NCBI GenBank assembly: GCA_036397815.1
Contig: DASWIE010000059.1
Location: forward strand, 1-63,180
Source: Candidatus Limnocylindria bacterium
GTDB taxonomy: Bacteria > Chloroflexota > Limnocylindria > QHBO01
DNA: 63,180 nt
Reading direction: 5' to 3'
The notes under the pieces: generated by a model
What the model was told of the DNA's origin: nothing
Databases searched by the model: none
What the model saw: the letters and a program-made list of their open reading frames with translations, nothing else
Program-made: the position numbers and the translations under genes
Shown: positions 52,364-60,716 of the stretch, in pieces
How positions within the stretch are numbered: the stretch's first letter is position 1
Layout: the number at the start of each line of letters is the position of its first letter

Positions 52364-53013
52364 GATCTCTCCTCTTCGCTGGCAGTCTCTACGACCAGCA
52401 GCGTGCCGCGCTCGAGCGAGACCGATGCCGGCTGGTCCGCGATGACGTTCGAGAGGCCCCGCGAGGGGCCCAGGCGCAGGCTCTCGCCGTCGAGCGGGAA
52501 GCGCAGGCCCGCGGTGCGCACGCCTTCCGCCTCCCCGCCGATCGGCAGCAGGCTCACCAGGTCGCCGATGGCGCCGCGCAGGCTGAGCCGCTCGCCGCCC
52601 TGCAGGGCGCGTACGACCGTGCCGCCACGCACCACGCGCAGGTCGCGCACTCGCCGCGACGGATCCGCGAGAAGGAGCAGGTTCGCCAGCTCGTGGTCGA
52701 GCCGCTCCCCACCAAGGGCGCCGAGCACCGCGACCTCATCCGCCCCCGAGGCCAGGGCCCGGTCGAGCGCCAGCTCGGCATCCGACGCGTCCTTGTCTGC
52801 CGGGTGGCGCTCGATGGCGACGCCGTCGGCCGCGAGCCGCTCGATCACGTGCGCGTCGACCGAGTCCAGGTCGCCGACGAGCAGGTGCGGGCGGATGCCC
52901 ATCGCGTCGAGCCATCGCGCTCCGCCGTCGGCGGCCACGATCAGGTCGGCATCGACCAGCTGGTCGGCATCACGGGCATCGGGCTCGCCGTCGGCAACGA
53001 CGACCGCCTTCAC
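52360..53013 (-). CDS. thiN: Thiamine pyrophosphokinase
   Basis: AADGG, VGDLDS, DKDASD, GGERLDH, G..FPL and SN. Confidence 0.93.
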   Translation of the reverse strand: MKAVVVADGEPDARDADQLVDADLIVAADGGARWLDAMGIRPHLLVGDLDSVDAHVIERLAADGVAIERHPADKDASDAELALDRALASGADEVAVLGALGGERLDHELANLLLLADPSRRVRDLRVVRGGTVVRALQGGERLSLRGAIGDLVSLLPIGGEAEGVRTAGLRFPLDGESLRLGPSRGLSNVIADQPASVSLERGTLLVVETASEEERS

Positions 53014-53016
53014 TTC

Positions 53017-53106
53017 AACGTACTCCCTTCGCTGGTATGACCCAGATCAGGTTCGAGGGTCTGCGGTGCTCCGCACTCTCAGCGCTCTCGCGCTCCCCTG
53101 TCGTTC
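53017..53106 (-). ncRNA. TPP riboswitch
   Basis: Minus strand AGGGGAGC...GCTGAGAG...GACCCTCGAACCTGATCTGGGTCATACCAGCGAAGGGA. The SD GGGAG lies in the 3' P1 region. Confidence 0.95.
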
Positions 53107-53123
53107 TTGGGTTGTCGCCGGCG

Positions 53124-53145
53124 AGCGTAGCACGCGTGCCATCAT
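53124..53145. promoter_or_regulatory. Back-to-back extended -10 promoters for the TPP operon (-) and ybaK (+)
   Basis: AGCGTA-GCACGCGTGC-CATCAT, which reads TGC-TACGCT on minus and TGC-CATCAT on plus. Confidence 0.5.
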
Positions 53146-53151
53146 TCGGCG

Positions 53152-53649
53152 ATGACCGAGGCCGGCGTCCACCCTAACGTGGCTCGCGTCGTGCGGGCGG
53201 CAGCCGACGCCGGCCTGACGATCGTGGTGCGGCGCTTCCCGGAGGGGACGCGCACGGCCGAGGACGCGGCGCGAGCGATCGGGTGCCACGTGGCGCAGAT
53301 CGTGAAATCGCTCGTCTTCGTGGCCGACGGCCGGCCGGTGGTCGCCCTCGTCTCGGGGGTGGATCGCCTCGATCTCGAGCGCCTGGCCGCGACGCTCGGA
53401 GCCACCGACGTGCGGAGGGCCGGTGGCGACGAGGTCCGCCGCGCCACCGGCTACCCGATTGGCGGCGTCCCTCCATTCGGGCATACCGAGCCGCTCGAGG
53501 TCCTCGCCGACGAGCACCTGTTCGCGCATGACGAGGTGTGGGCCGCCGCGGGCCTGCCGGATGCCGTCTTTCGCTCCACGCCAGCAGCGCTGGCCGAAGC
53601 GAGCGACGCACGACGCGCGGCATTGGCCGCCGACCCTGTTCAGGGTTGA
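53152..53649 (+). CDS. YbaK/EbsC-family aminoacyl-tRNA deacylase
   Basis: TRTAEDAA, QIVKSL and TGYPIGGVPPFGH. Confidence 0.92.
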   Translation: MTEAGVHPNVARVVRAAADAGLTIVVRRFPEGTRTAEDAARAIGCHVAQIVKSLVFVADGRPVVALVSGVDRLDLERLAATLGATDVRRAGGDEVRRATGYPIGGVPPFGHTEPLEVLADEHLFAHDEVWAAAGLPDAVFRSTPAALAEASDARRAALAADPVQG

Positions 53650-54092
53650 GCCAGCCGCACCTCGATCTGGGTCCCGCCGTTCCTGAGCGTGAGCACGAGC
53701 TCCAAACGCTCGGCCCTCGGCGTCTCAAACCCGATGACTGCGACCGCGCCGCCGGGATAGAGGCCGGTCGTTGGATAGCCGGCCGCCGGCAGGGCAGCGA
53801 CGTAGAAGTCATAGGCGACCGGGCCGACCTGATCGCTTGACCAGCGGGCGATGATCCCGGGCTCATCGGTCGGCAGCAGCTCCTCGCTCGCGGCGCCCGG
53901 GAGCACCGGAAAGCCCGCCGGCAGCTCGACAGCCGGTGCGCTCGAGCTGCTGATGGCGGGAGTCGTGGACCAACGGCTGGCGGACGGAGTCGGCCCGCCA
54001 TCGGTCGACGGACCCGCGGTACAGGCGGTGACCGCCGCGAGGGCGAGCAGCAGCCCTGCCGGTAGCGCTGGTGACGACCGTCGGCGACGCAT
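53640..54092 (-). CDS. Hypothetical lipoprotein
   Basis: GAGGAG SD; lipobox VTAC; Ser/Pro linker; ELPAGFPVLPGA domain. Confidence 0.7.
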   Translation of the reverse strand: MRRRRSSPALPAGLLLALAAVTACTAGPSTDGGPTPSASRWSTTPAISSSSAPAVELPAGFPVLPGAASEELLPTDEPGIIARWSSDQVGPVAYDFYVAALPAAGYPTTGLYPGGAVAVIGFETPRAERLELVLTLRNGGTQIEVRLAQP

Positions 54093-54141
54093 GTTCGCTC
54101 CTCGCGTGTGATGGGGCGGCCGCCGCGACCGCCCCATCGGC

Positions 54142-55137
54142 TCACTGCGGCACGGTGGTGACGATGATCGGGATGTAGTAGCCACCGAGCCGTGCGTGGT
54201 CGAACCAGCGCAGCCCCTCGGCCACCAGGTTGAAGGTCTCGCGATAGCTGCCCGGGGCCGTGCCACCGCGCAGCCCGAAGGTGAAGCGTCCTGTGCCGTC
54301 CGGCCCCACCGATGCCTGGTCGAGCGGGGTTGCGTGCCAGCTCGCCAGCCAGTCGGACGCGCGGAATGGGCTGGCGTGCTTGGGTGGGTTCCAGGTGCCG
54401 AGCGCTGCCCTGCCGATGCCGGCGTTTCGCCACGTTCGACCACCGATGTTCCGGAACTCGACCCAGTGGGTGATGACCCCGCCGCGCTGAATCACCTCCG
54501 TGCCGGCGTTGCTCTCGCGCGCGTAGCTGGCCAGGAACGGGACGCGCGGCGGCCAGGTCGTGTAAAGCCGACTCGAGAGCGGGTCGATGGGGATCAGGTT
54601 TCCGCCCGATTGAACGAGCACCTCGAAGTGCAGGTGCGCTCCGTAGCAGATGCCGCTGCAGCCCGACCGGCCGATCCACTGCCCCGCCGAGACCGCCTGC
54701 CCCACCACCACCACGAGTCCGCCATCTGCGGCGCTGGCCAGGTGGTAGTAAAGCGTGTCGCGCCCATCCGCATGGCGGATGTGGACGAAGTTGCCGAAGC
54801 TGCCGAACTGCTGCGTGCCGTAGCCGCCCTCGACGTCGACGACGGTGCCGGCCTTGGCCGCAGCCAGGTCGCTGAGCACCGGCATTGGGTAGTCGGACCC
54901 GGTGTGGTTGTCGTAGACGCGGCCCCAGTGAGGCGCGTCCCCTGCCCAGACCTGGCCGGTCCAGTCGAGCTGGACGCCGGGCTGCATGTTCCTGTCGACG
55001 CCATAGCTCAGCGTCGCGTTCGGATCGTAGAAGGGGAGGGTGTAGTCGTCGGTGGCGGCCACCATGCCGGCGCCGACGAGCAGGATGGCGAGGGCGGCCA
55101 GGACCGATGCCGGTGCCTGGCGAGCGCAGCGCGTCAT
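54142..55137 (-). CDS. Secreted M23 metallopeptidase with C-terminal Ig-like (NBR1-like) domain
   Basis: Signal peptide, HTGSD (HxxxD), GNFV, YYHL and HLHFEV; C-terminal VEFRNIG..TW...GTGRFTF..PG.Y.ETF. Confidence 0.85.
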   Translation of the reverse strand: MTRCARQAPASVLAALAILLVGAGMVAATDDYTLPFYDPNATLSYGVDRNMQPGVQLDWTGQVWAGDAPHWGRVYDNHTGSDYPMPVLSDLAAAKAGTVVDVEGGYGTQQFGSFGNFVHIRHADGRDTLYYHLASAADGGLVVVVGQAVSAGQWIGRSGCSGICYGAHLHFEVLVQSGGNLIPIDPLSSRLYTTWPPRVPFLASYARESNAGTEVIQRGGVITHWVEFRNIGGRTWRNAGIGRAALGTWNPPKHASPFRASDWLASWHATPLDQASVGPDGTGRFTFGLRGGTAPGSYRETFNLVAEGLRWFDHARLGGYYIPIIVTTVPQ

Positions 55138-56165
55138 GACTGGCACCCCCCAACGCAGCCGGCGAATTCGGCGGCTCCGGAGAAACGAGCGAGCGGCGAG
55201 CCGTCCAGCGCGAGCAGAACGGTGCCCTCGCCGTCATCGACCAGCAGCGACTTTCCGTCGGGCGCGAAGCGCGGACGGGCGCCTGACGCGATGCGCCGCG
55301 CGCCACCCTTCTTCGGCTCGAAGACGTAGACGCCGTCCGCGTGCCGCTCCCATGCGATCTGGCTCCCGTCGGGCGAGATCGCGACGTTGATCGCGCCCGG
55401 GCCCAGATCCGCGAGCTGCCGCTCACCCAGCGTCGTCAGCTGGCGCACGACCGTCCCCCCGGGTTGGTGCGCGACCACGGCGATCGAGCCGTCGGCCAGC
55501 AGCGTGGAGCCGTAGACCAGCTGGTCAGCCGACAGGATGGCGACCGATCCATCGGCCGGATCGAAGCGAACAAGGCGCGAGATGAACGGCGCATCGACCG
55601 ATGCAACCGACGCCAGCAGCACCGTGCCTCCCGGTTCGACCGTGACCGGCCCGAGGAACGGGCCGCCGGCCAGGCGACTCGTGGCGCCGGATTCGGCCGC
55701 CACTTTCCAGAGCGATCCGCTCCCGTCGATCACGGCGAGCCACGAGGCGTCGGGTGCGAATGCGGCCGCCAGCAGGCCTGGCATCGCGATTTGCAGCTGC
55801 GATCCATCCGCGCGGGCGAGGGAGAGCGTGGCGCTCGCGAGGTCGACGCGATCGGCGACCGCAAGCGTGCCCGCGTCGGGGGCGACCGCCAGCAGCCGGC
55901 CGCGCGACCCGGTGCTGTCGACGCGCATCTCGACCAGCCGGGAGTCGAGCTCGGGATGACGGACCAGCACGATTGCGAGCCCCGAGCGAGCGGCCTCGGA
56001 GGCGTTGAGGGTTGTGACCCCACTGGGCGGCTCGGCGGATGCGATGCCGGCCGCGCCTGCGCCGAGCGCGATCACGAGTGGCAGCAGAGTCATGGTGCGG
56101 CGCAACCCGCCTTGGGGGCGGCCGGGCGGATGGTGGCGCGCGGGTGCGCGCGAACGGGCGGACAT
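55134..56165 (-). CDS. Secreted beta-propeller (TolB/WD40-like) protein
   Basis: GGAGG SD; signal-like segment; repeats AFAPDAS, ISPDGSQ and RFAPDGK; C-terminal CxxxC. Confidence 0.7.
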   Translation of the reverse strand: MSARSRAPARHHPPGRPQGGLRRTMTLLPLVIALGAGAAGIASAEPPSGVTTLNASEAARSGLAIVLVRHPELDSRLVEMRVDSTGSRGRLLAVAPDAGTLAVADRVDLASATLSLARADGSQLQIAMPGLLAAAFAPDASWLAVIDGSGSLWKVAAESGATSRLAGGPFLGPVTVEPGGTVLLASVASVDAPFISRLVRFDPADGSVAILSADQLVYGSTLLADGSIAVVAHQPGGTVVRQLTTLGERQLADLGPGAINVAISPDGSQIAWERHADGVYVFEPKKGGARRIASGARPRFAPDGKSLLVDDGEGTVLLALDGSPLARFSGAAEFAGCVGGCQS

Positions 56166-56316
56166 CGGAACCTCCGTTGCATGAAGCCAGGGCTATGGCA
56201 CTCGACGGATGCTCCGTGGGCGGCTGGACCTCCTCTGCTGGCAGGCGATCAGTGGTTGTCTGCGAGCCTAGCGATAGGCGCTTACCGGCCACTTATCGGG
56301 CCATAATCGGCGCCGC

Positions 56317-57072
56317 ATGCCCGGATCCATTTCGCTGCCGCTCGCGGTCCTGCTGGTCGGACTGCTCCTGGCCCTCGTGGGTGGTGTCGCGCTGCGCCGG
56401 TCCGGGGCAAGTGCCGGGATCGGAAGCCGCCTTGCGGCGGCCCGTCAGGTCCGGCTGGCCGACCTGGCGACCGAGGAGCCGCCGCCGGCCCGCCCCGTCC
56501 GGGTTGCCGGCCGGATCCGCTGCGCAGACCCCATCCTGACCCAGCAGGGCGACCGGTTGGTCGCCCTCCACCGTGACGTGGACGTGATGCTGGCGCGTGG
56601 CGGCTGGCGGACGATCGAGCGGCGCCGCGAAACGCGCGGATTCGAGCTATGGGACCACGGCGGCTCGCTGGCGATCGATCCGGCGGCAGCCGCCGAGCCG
56701 CTGGTGGTGATCCCTCATGTCTGGCGAGGAAGTCCGGCCGAGCTCGGCGAGGAGCACCGCGCGGCCGTTGCTCGGCTGACCGCCGAAGGCGGCGATCCAA
56801 GCGCCGCGCGTTCCGTGACGCGCATGCTGAGCGTGACCGAGCGGCTCCTGGTCCTGGCAGCCGTCCGGCGAGCCGCGGATGGCGCCATCTCGCTGGTGCC
56901 GCCGCCCGGCGGGTATGTCATCTCGGCGCTTGAGCTCGACGATGCGATGCGCCTGCTGGGTGGGTCGCGCAAGGGCCTGCTGCTCGGCGCCACGGGAGCG
57001 ATCGGACTGGGTGGGCTGCTGGCGCTGGCCGGTGTCGTGATGGTTGCCGCGACCCTGCTCACGCGTACCTGA
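56317..57072 (+). CDS. Hypothetical membrane protein, possibly GIDE-like
   Basis: N- and C-terminal TM helices flank a soluble beta-rich domain (VRVAGRI...FELWD..GSL.IDP); CATAAT-N9-ATG. Confidence 0.65.
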   Translation: MPGSISLPLAVLLVGLLLALVGGVALRRSGASAGIGSRLAAARQVRLADLATEEPPPARPVRVAGRIRCADPILTQQGDRLVALHRDVDVMLARGGWRTIERRRETRGFELWDHGGSLAIDPAAAAEPLVVIPHVWRGSPAELGEEHRAAVARLTAEGGDPSAARSVTRMLSVTERLLVLAAVRRAADGAISLVPPPGGYVISALELDDAMRLLGGSRKGLLLGATGAIGLGGLLALAGVVMVAATLLTRT

Positions 57073-57266
57073 CGGCAGCACCCATCCACGTCTGCGCCAG
57101 CGGCCCCGTTGGCCATGCGCTCGGCAGCGGTACCACCCGAATCGGTACGAACGGGGCATCGAGCGCCCAGACCCCCACAACTACCATCCGTTCACCGGTT
57201 CCTACCAGAACTTCCATTCAACCGCCGCCAGGCGGCGGGGAAGCGTACAGATACGAGGCGCACCAG

Positions 57267-60200
57267 GTGTCCCACCCCGTTCGTGACCGCGGGAGCGACC
57301 AGGACCCACTGATCAGCGTGGCGCAGGCTGCTGCGCTGCTCGGCGTGCACCCCAACACCATCCGCGCCTGGGCCGAGGGCGGCCGGCTGACCGCCTACCG
57401 CATCAACGCCCGCGGCGATCGTCGCTTCCGCCGCGGCGACGTCGAGCGGCTGCTGGCCGAGGGGGCTGACGCCACCGGCGTGGCCGTCGTCGATGAAGAT
57501 TCCGCCCAGCGGGAGCGCGAGCTCGCCGTCCTCGGCCGGCTGGCCCACGGGACCGGCGCCTCCCCGACGCCCGCCGCGGTGTCGCGCACCGCCATGGAGG
57601 CGCTGCGGAGCAACCTCGGTGTCGATCGTGTCGCGGTCTACCTCGTCAGAGAGGGGTCGGATGCCGCGCCGCAGCTGGAGACGCACGCCGGGTTCCGCGT
57701 GGCGCCGCCCGCCAGCCTGGAGGGAAGCGACGACGACGCAGCCGAACCTGGCCACGCCGGCCCAGCCGACCCCTCGCTGCCCTACGGGATTCGGCTCCCG
57801 CTACGTGCCAACGGCGAGCTGCTGGGCGCCATCGTGCTGGAGGATCTGCCCGGCGGCCCGCTGGCCAAGGCGCGGCCATCGTTCCTGCACATCGTGGCCG
57901 GCGCCATCGCGGCAGACATCCTGAGCGCGCGCGGCCTGGCCCGGGCACGCCGTGAGGTGACGCGGGCTCGCGCCCTGCGCCACGTGACCCAGGAGCTCAC
58001 CGGAAAGCTCGACCTGGCCGCGGTCCTGGACGACATCGTGGACCGCACCCGATCACTGTTCGACGCGGACAAGGCGGGCCTCTGGCTGCTCGATGACTCG
58101 GAGCATCCGTTCCGCAGCGCCGCCGCCCGCGGGCTGGGGGAGGAGTTCCAGGCGCGGGTCCGAAGGCAGACCCTCTCCAGCCAGGCGCTGGGCGTTCGCG
58201 CCATGCAGGAGCGTCGGACCTTCGTCGTGCGCGACGCCGACTCGCGTTCCGGCGTCGGGGTGATGCGGCCTTCGTATCGTCGCGAGGGGATCAAGACCGC
58301 CTGCCTGGTGCCGCTGGTCAGCAACGACCGGGCGGTCGGGGTGCTCGGCCTCTACCACACGCGCGACCACGAGTGGCCCGAGGACGAGGTTGCGCTGGTC
58401 CAGTCATTCGCCAACCAGGCCGCGGTGGCGATCAGCAACGCTCGGCTCTACCGCGAGGTGGCGGACCAGGCGGCTCGCATGCGCTCGATCCAGGACCTGT
58501 CTGCCCGCCTGAACCGCCTGACCGATGTGCAGGCCATCGCCGACGCCATCGTGGCCGAGGCCAGCAGCCTGGCCGCATACCATGACATTCGGATCTACAC
58601 AGTGAACTGGGATACCCGGACCTGCGACCCGGTCGCCTACACCGATAGGCTGCTGGGCGAAGGCGACTTCTCGGAGCGATTGCGCGTCGACGTGGGGGAG
58701 GGCTCGTTCACCGGGTGGGTCGCCGAGAGCGGCGAGCCACTGCTGATCAACGATGCCCTGAACGACCCGAGGGGCCACACCATCGACGGGACCGATGACA
58801 TCGAGGAGTCGATGCTGATCGTGCCGATGGTCTTCGAGGAGCGATCGGTGGGCGTGATCGCCCTCTCCAAGCTCGGCAACAACCAGTTCAGCACCGACGA
58901 CCTGCAGACGATGACCATCTTCGCCGGCTACGCGGCGCAGGCGATCGCCAATGCGCGAGCGTACAAACGGCTCGAGCTGCAGTCGACCGAGCTGGCCCGC
59001 CAGCTGCAGTCGCAGCGGCGCCTGCTGGAGATCAACGAGCGGCTGCAGTCGACGCTCGACCGCGGAAACGTGCTGGAGAGCATCGCCGACGGCCTCCGAT
59101 CCGTCGTCCACTACGACAACCTCTCGATCTACCGCATCGACAACGTGAACCGCATGCTGGTACCCGTCCTGACGCGTGAGCGGCACGCCGAGCAGATCAT
59201 GAGCTACAGCGTCCCGTTCGGCCGGGGCCTGATGGGCTGGGCGGTCGAGCACCGCGAGCCGGTCCTCGCCAACGACGCCTTGAACGACCCGCGCGCGATC
59301 CAGATCCCCGGCACGCCACCAGACCCGGAGGCACTCGCGGTCGTGCCGCTGGTCGCCGACGGCGAGGTGATCGGTTGCATGAACATCTCGCGCGTGGGTG
59401 GCGAAGAGAGCCATTTCAGCGAGGCTGACTTCGAGCTGGTGAAGCTCTTCGCCGGCCAGGCCTCGATCGCCCTGCGAAATGCGGAGGAGCACCAGGCCAT
59501 CTCGGCTCGGGCCGACACCGACGCTCTCACGGGGCTGGGCAACCATGGCCTCTTCCAGCGCACGCTGGCCGATGCGCTCGCGGGCGGGGAGGGCGGCGAT
59601 CCGGCGGCGCGAGGCCGAAGGACAAAGCCCGCACCGGTGTCACTGCTGATGATGGACCTCGATCGGTTCAAGACCTACAACGACCGGCTCGGCCACCCAG
59701 CCGGTGACGCGCTGCTGCACGCGGTAGGCACGGCCATCTACGGCGCGGCGCGCTCTGAGGACCGCGTCTATCGCTATGGCGGCGACGAGTTCGTCCTCAT
59801 CCTGCCGGGGGTCGAGGCGGACGGGGCGGCATCGGTCGCCGAGCGCGTGCGCAAGGCGGTGGCGCGCCTCACCGCCAAGGACCGCGCCCCGGTGACGATC
59901 ACCGTCGGCGTGGCCGCCTTCCCGGCCGACGCTGCCGACAAGAACGACCTCATCGCGGCCGCGGACACGGCGCTCTACTACGGCAAGCAGTCCGGCGAGG
60001 ACCGCGTCGTCCGCGCCGACGAGGTGCCACGCGACATCCACGACCTGCGCAACACCCTCGACGGCCTCGCCCGCGCCGCGCTGCGGCATCCCGACGAGCA
60101 CGGCAACGTCGACTCGGTCGTGGAGCAGGCCGCCGCTCGCCTGTCCGTGGTCGCCGAGCCGGCCGAGACGGTGCGCGATGCGCTGCTGGCGGTGGCGCGC

Positions 60201-60671
60201 TCGCTCGATGCGCGCGACGCCGAGACGCTCGGCCACGGGGATCGGGTCGGGCTGCTGGCACGTCGCGTCGCCGAAGAGCTCGGCTTCAGCCCGGACGATG
60301 CCAGCACCGTGGAGCTGGCGGCGCGCCTGCATGGCCTCGAGGTGCTCGGCGCGCACGAGCTCGCGCCGATCCGCTCGCTGAGCGAGGTCGGGCGCATCTC
60401 GCGCTGGCGCCACCTCGACGGGACCCTGGACAACGCGCCGCTCGGAGCGCAGGTGGTCGACGTGGCCAATGCCTACGACACCATGATCACCGGCGACGCG
60501 GGCGTGCGCCAGGATCGGCGGACGGCGCTGGACCAGCTGCGCGGGGTGGTCGGCACCCGCTATCGCAAGGATGTCGTCGAGGCGCTGGCATCGGTCGTCT
60601 CCGTCAAGCCGCGCGTCCCGAAGCGCCGGCGGCGCGAGGATGCACGGACAGGGGTTCGCGGCGCCGCCTGA
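57267..60671 (+). CDS. HTH_17/BldC-like DNA-binding domain + 4 GAF + GGDEF + degenerate HD-GYP protein
   Basis: ISVAQAAALLGVHPNTIRAW...GDRRF; four GAF repeats; DLDRFKTYND..GHPAGD, RSED I-site and GGDEF; HD-GYP with HD changed to HG and no GYP. Confidence 0.9.
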   Translation: MSHPVRDRGSDQDPLISVAQAAALLGVHPNTIRAWAEGGRLTAYRINARGDRRFRRGDVERLLAEGADATGVAVVDEDSAQRERELAVLGRLAHGTGASPTPAAVSRTAMEALRSNLGVDRVAVYLVREGSDAAPQLETHAGFRVAPPASLEGSDDDAAEPGHAGPADPSLPYGIRLPLRANGELLGAIVLEDLPGGPLAKARPSFLHIVAGAIAADILSARGLARARREVTRARALRHVTQELTGKLDLAAVLDDIVDRTRSLFDADKAGLWLLDDSEHPFRSAAARGLGEEFQARVRRQTLSSQALGVRAMQERRTFVVRDADSRSGVGVMRPSYRREGIKTACLVPLVSNDRAVGVLGLYHTRDHEWPEDEVALVQSFANQAAVAISNARLYREVADQAARMRSIQDLSARLNRLTDVQAIADAIVAEASSLAAYHDIRIYTVNWDTRTCDPVAYTDRLLGEGDFSERLRVDVGEGSFTGWVAESGEPLLINDALNDPRGHTIDGTDDIEESMLIVPMVFEERSVGVIALSKLGNNQFSTDDLQTMTIFAGYAAQAIANARAYKRLELQSTELARQLQSQRRLLEINERLQSTLDRGNVLESIADGLRSVVHYDNLSIYRIDNVNRMLVPVLTRERHAEQIMSYSVPFGRGLMGWAVEHREPVLANDALNDPRAIQIPGTPPDPEALAVVPLVADGEVIGCMNISRVGGEESHFSEADFELVKLFAGQASIALRNAEEHQAISARADTDALTGLGNHGLFQRTLADALAGGEGGDPAARGRRTKPAPVSLLMMDLDRFKTYNDRLGHPAGDALLHAVGTAIYGAARSEDRVYRYGGDEFVLILPGVEADGAASVAERVRKAVARLTAKDRAPVTITVGVAAFPADAADKNDLIAAADTALYYGKQSGEDRVVRADEVPRDIHDLRNTLDGLARAALRHPDEHGNVDSVVEQAAARLSVVAEPAETVRDALLAVARSLDARDAETLGHGDRVGLLARRVAEELGFSPDDASTVELAARLHGLEVLGAHELAPIRSLSEVGRISRWRHLDGTLDNAPLGAQVVDVANAYDTMITGDAGVRQDRRTALDQLRGVVGTRYRKDVVEALASVVSVKPRVPKRRRREDARTGVRGAA

Positions 60672-60716
60672 CCCCTCCCCGGCCACCCGGACGCGGGTGC
60701 TATCATCCCGGCTCCC

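Noticed and set aside
45653-53106. TPP riboswitch controlling one long operon through gcvT-like, FAD oxidoreductase and hydrolase (novel thiamine salvage route)
   Set aside because: A TATGCT hexamer at 49444-49449 sits 9 nt before the gcvT-like ATG, suggesting an independent promoter. Read-through cannot be excluded without RNA data.
56166-56290. c-di-AMP (ydaO) or c-di-GMP-II riboswitch upstream of the M23 operon
   Set aside because: It lacks the GGGGGA/GGGTGAA core of ydaO. The GCAT/ATGC resemblance to the c-di-GMP-II pseudoknot is not backed by the other conserved positions.
57073-57266. c-di-GMP-I (GEMM) riboswitch upstream of the diguanylate cyclase
   Set aside because: No GEMM-type GCAAA(C)/GNRA-receptor arrangement is recognisable.
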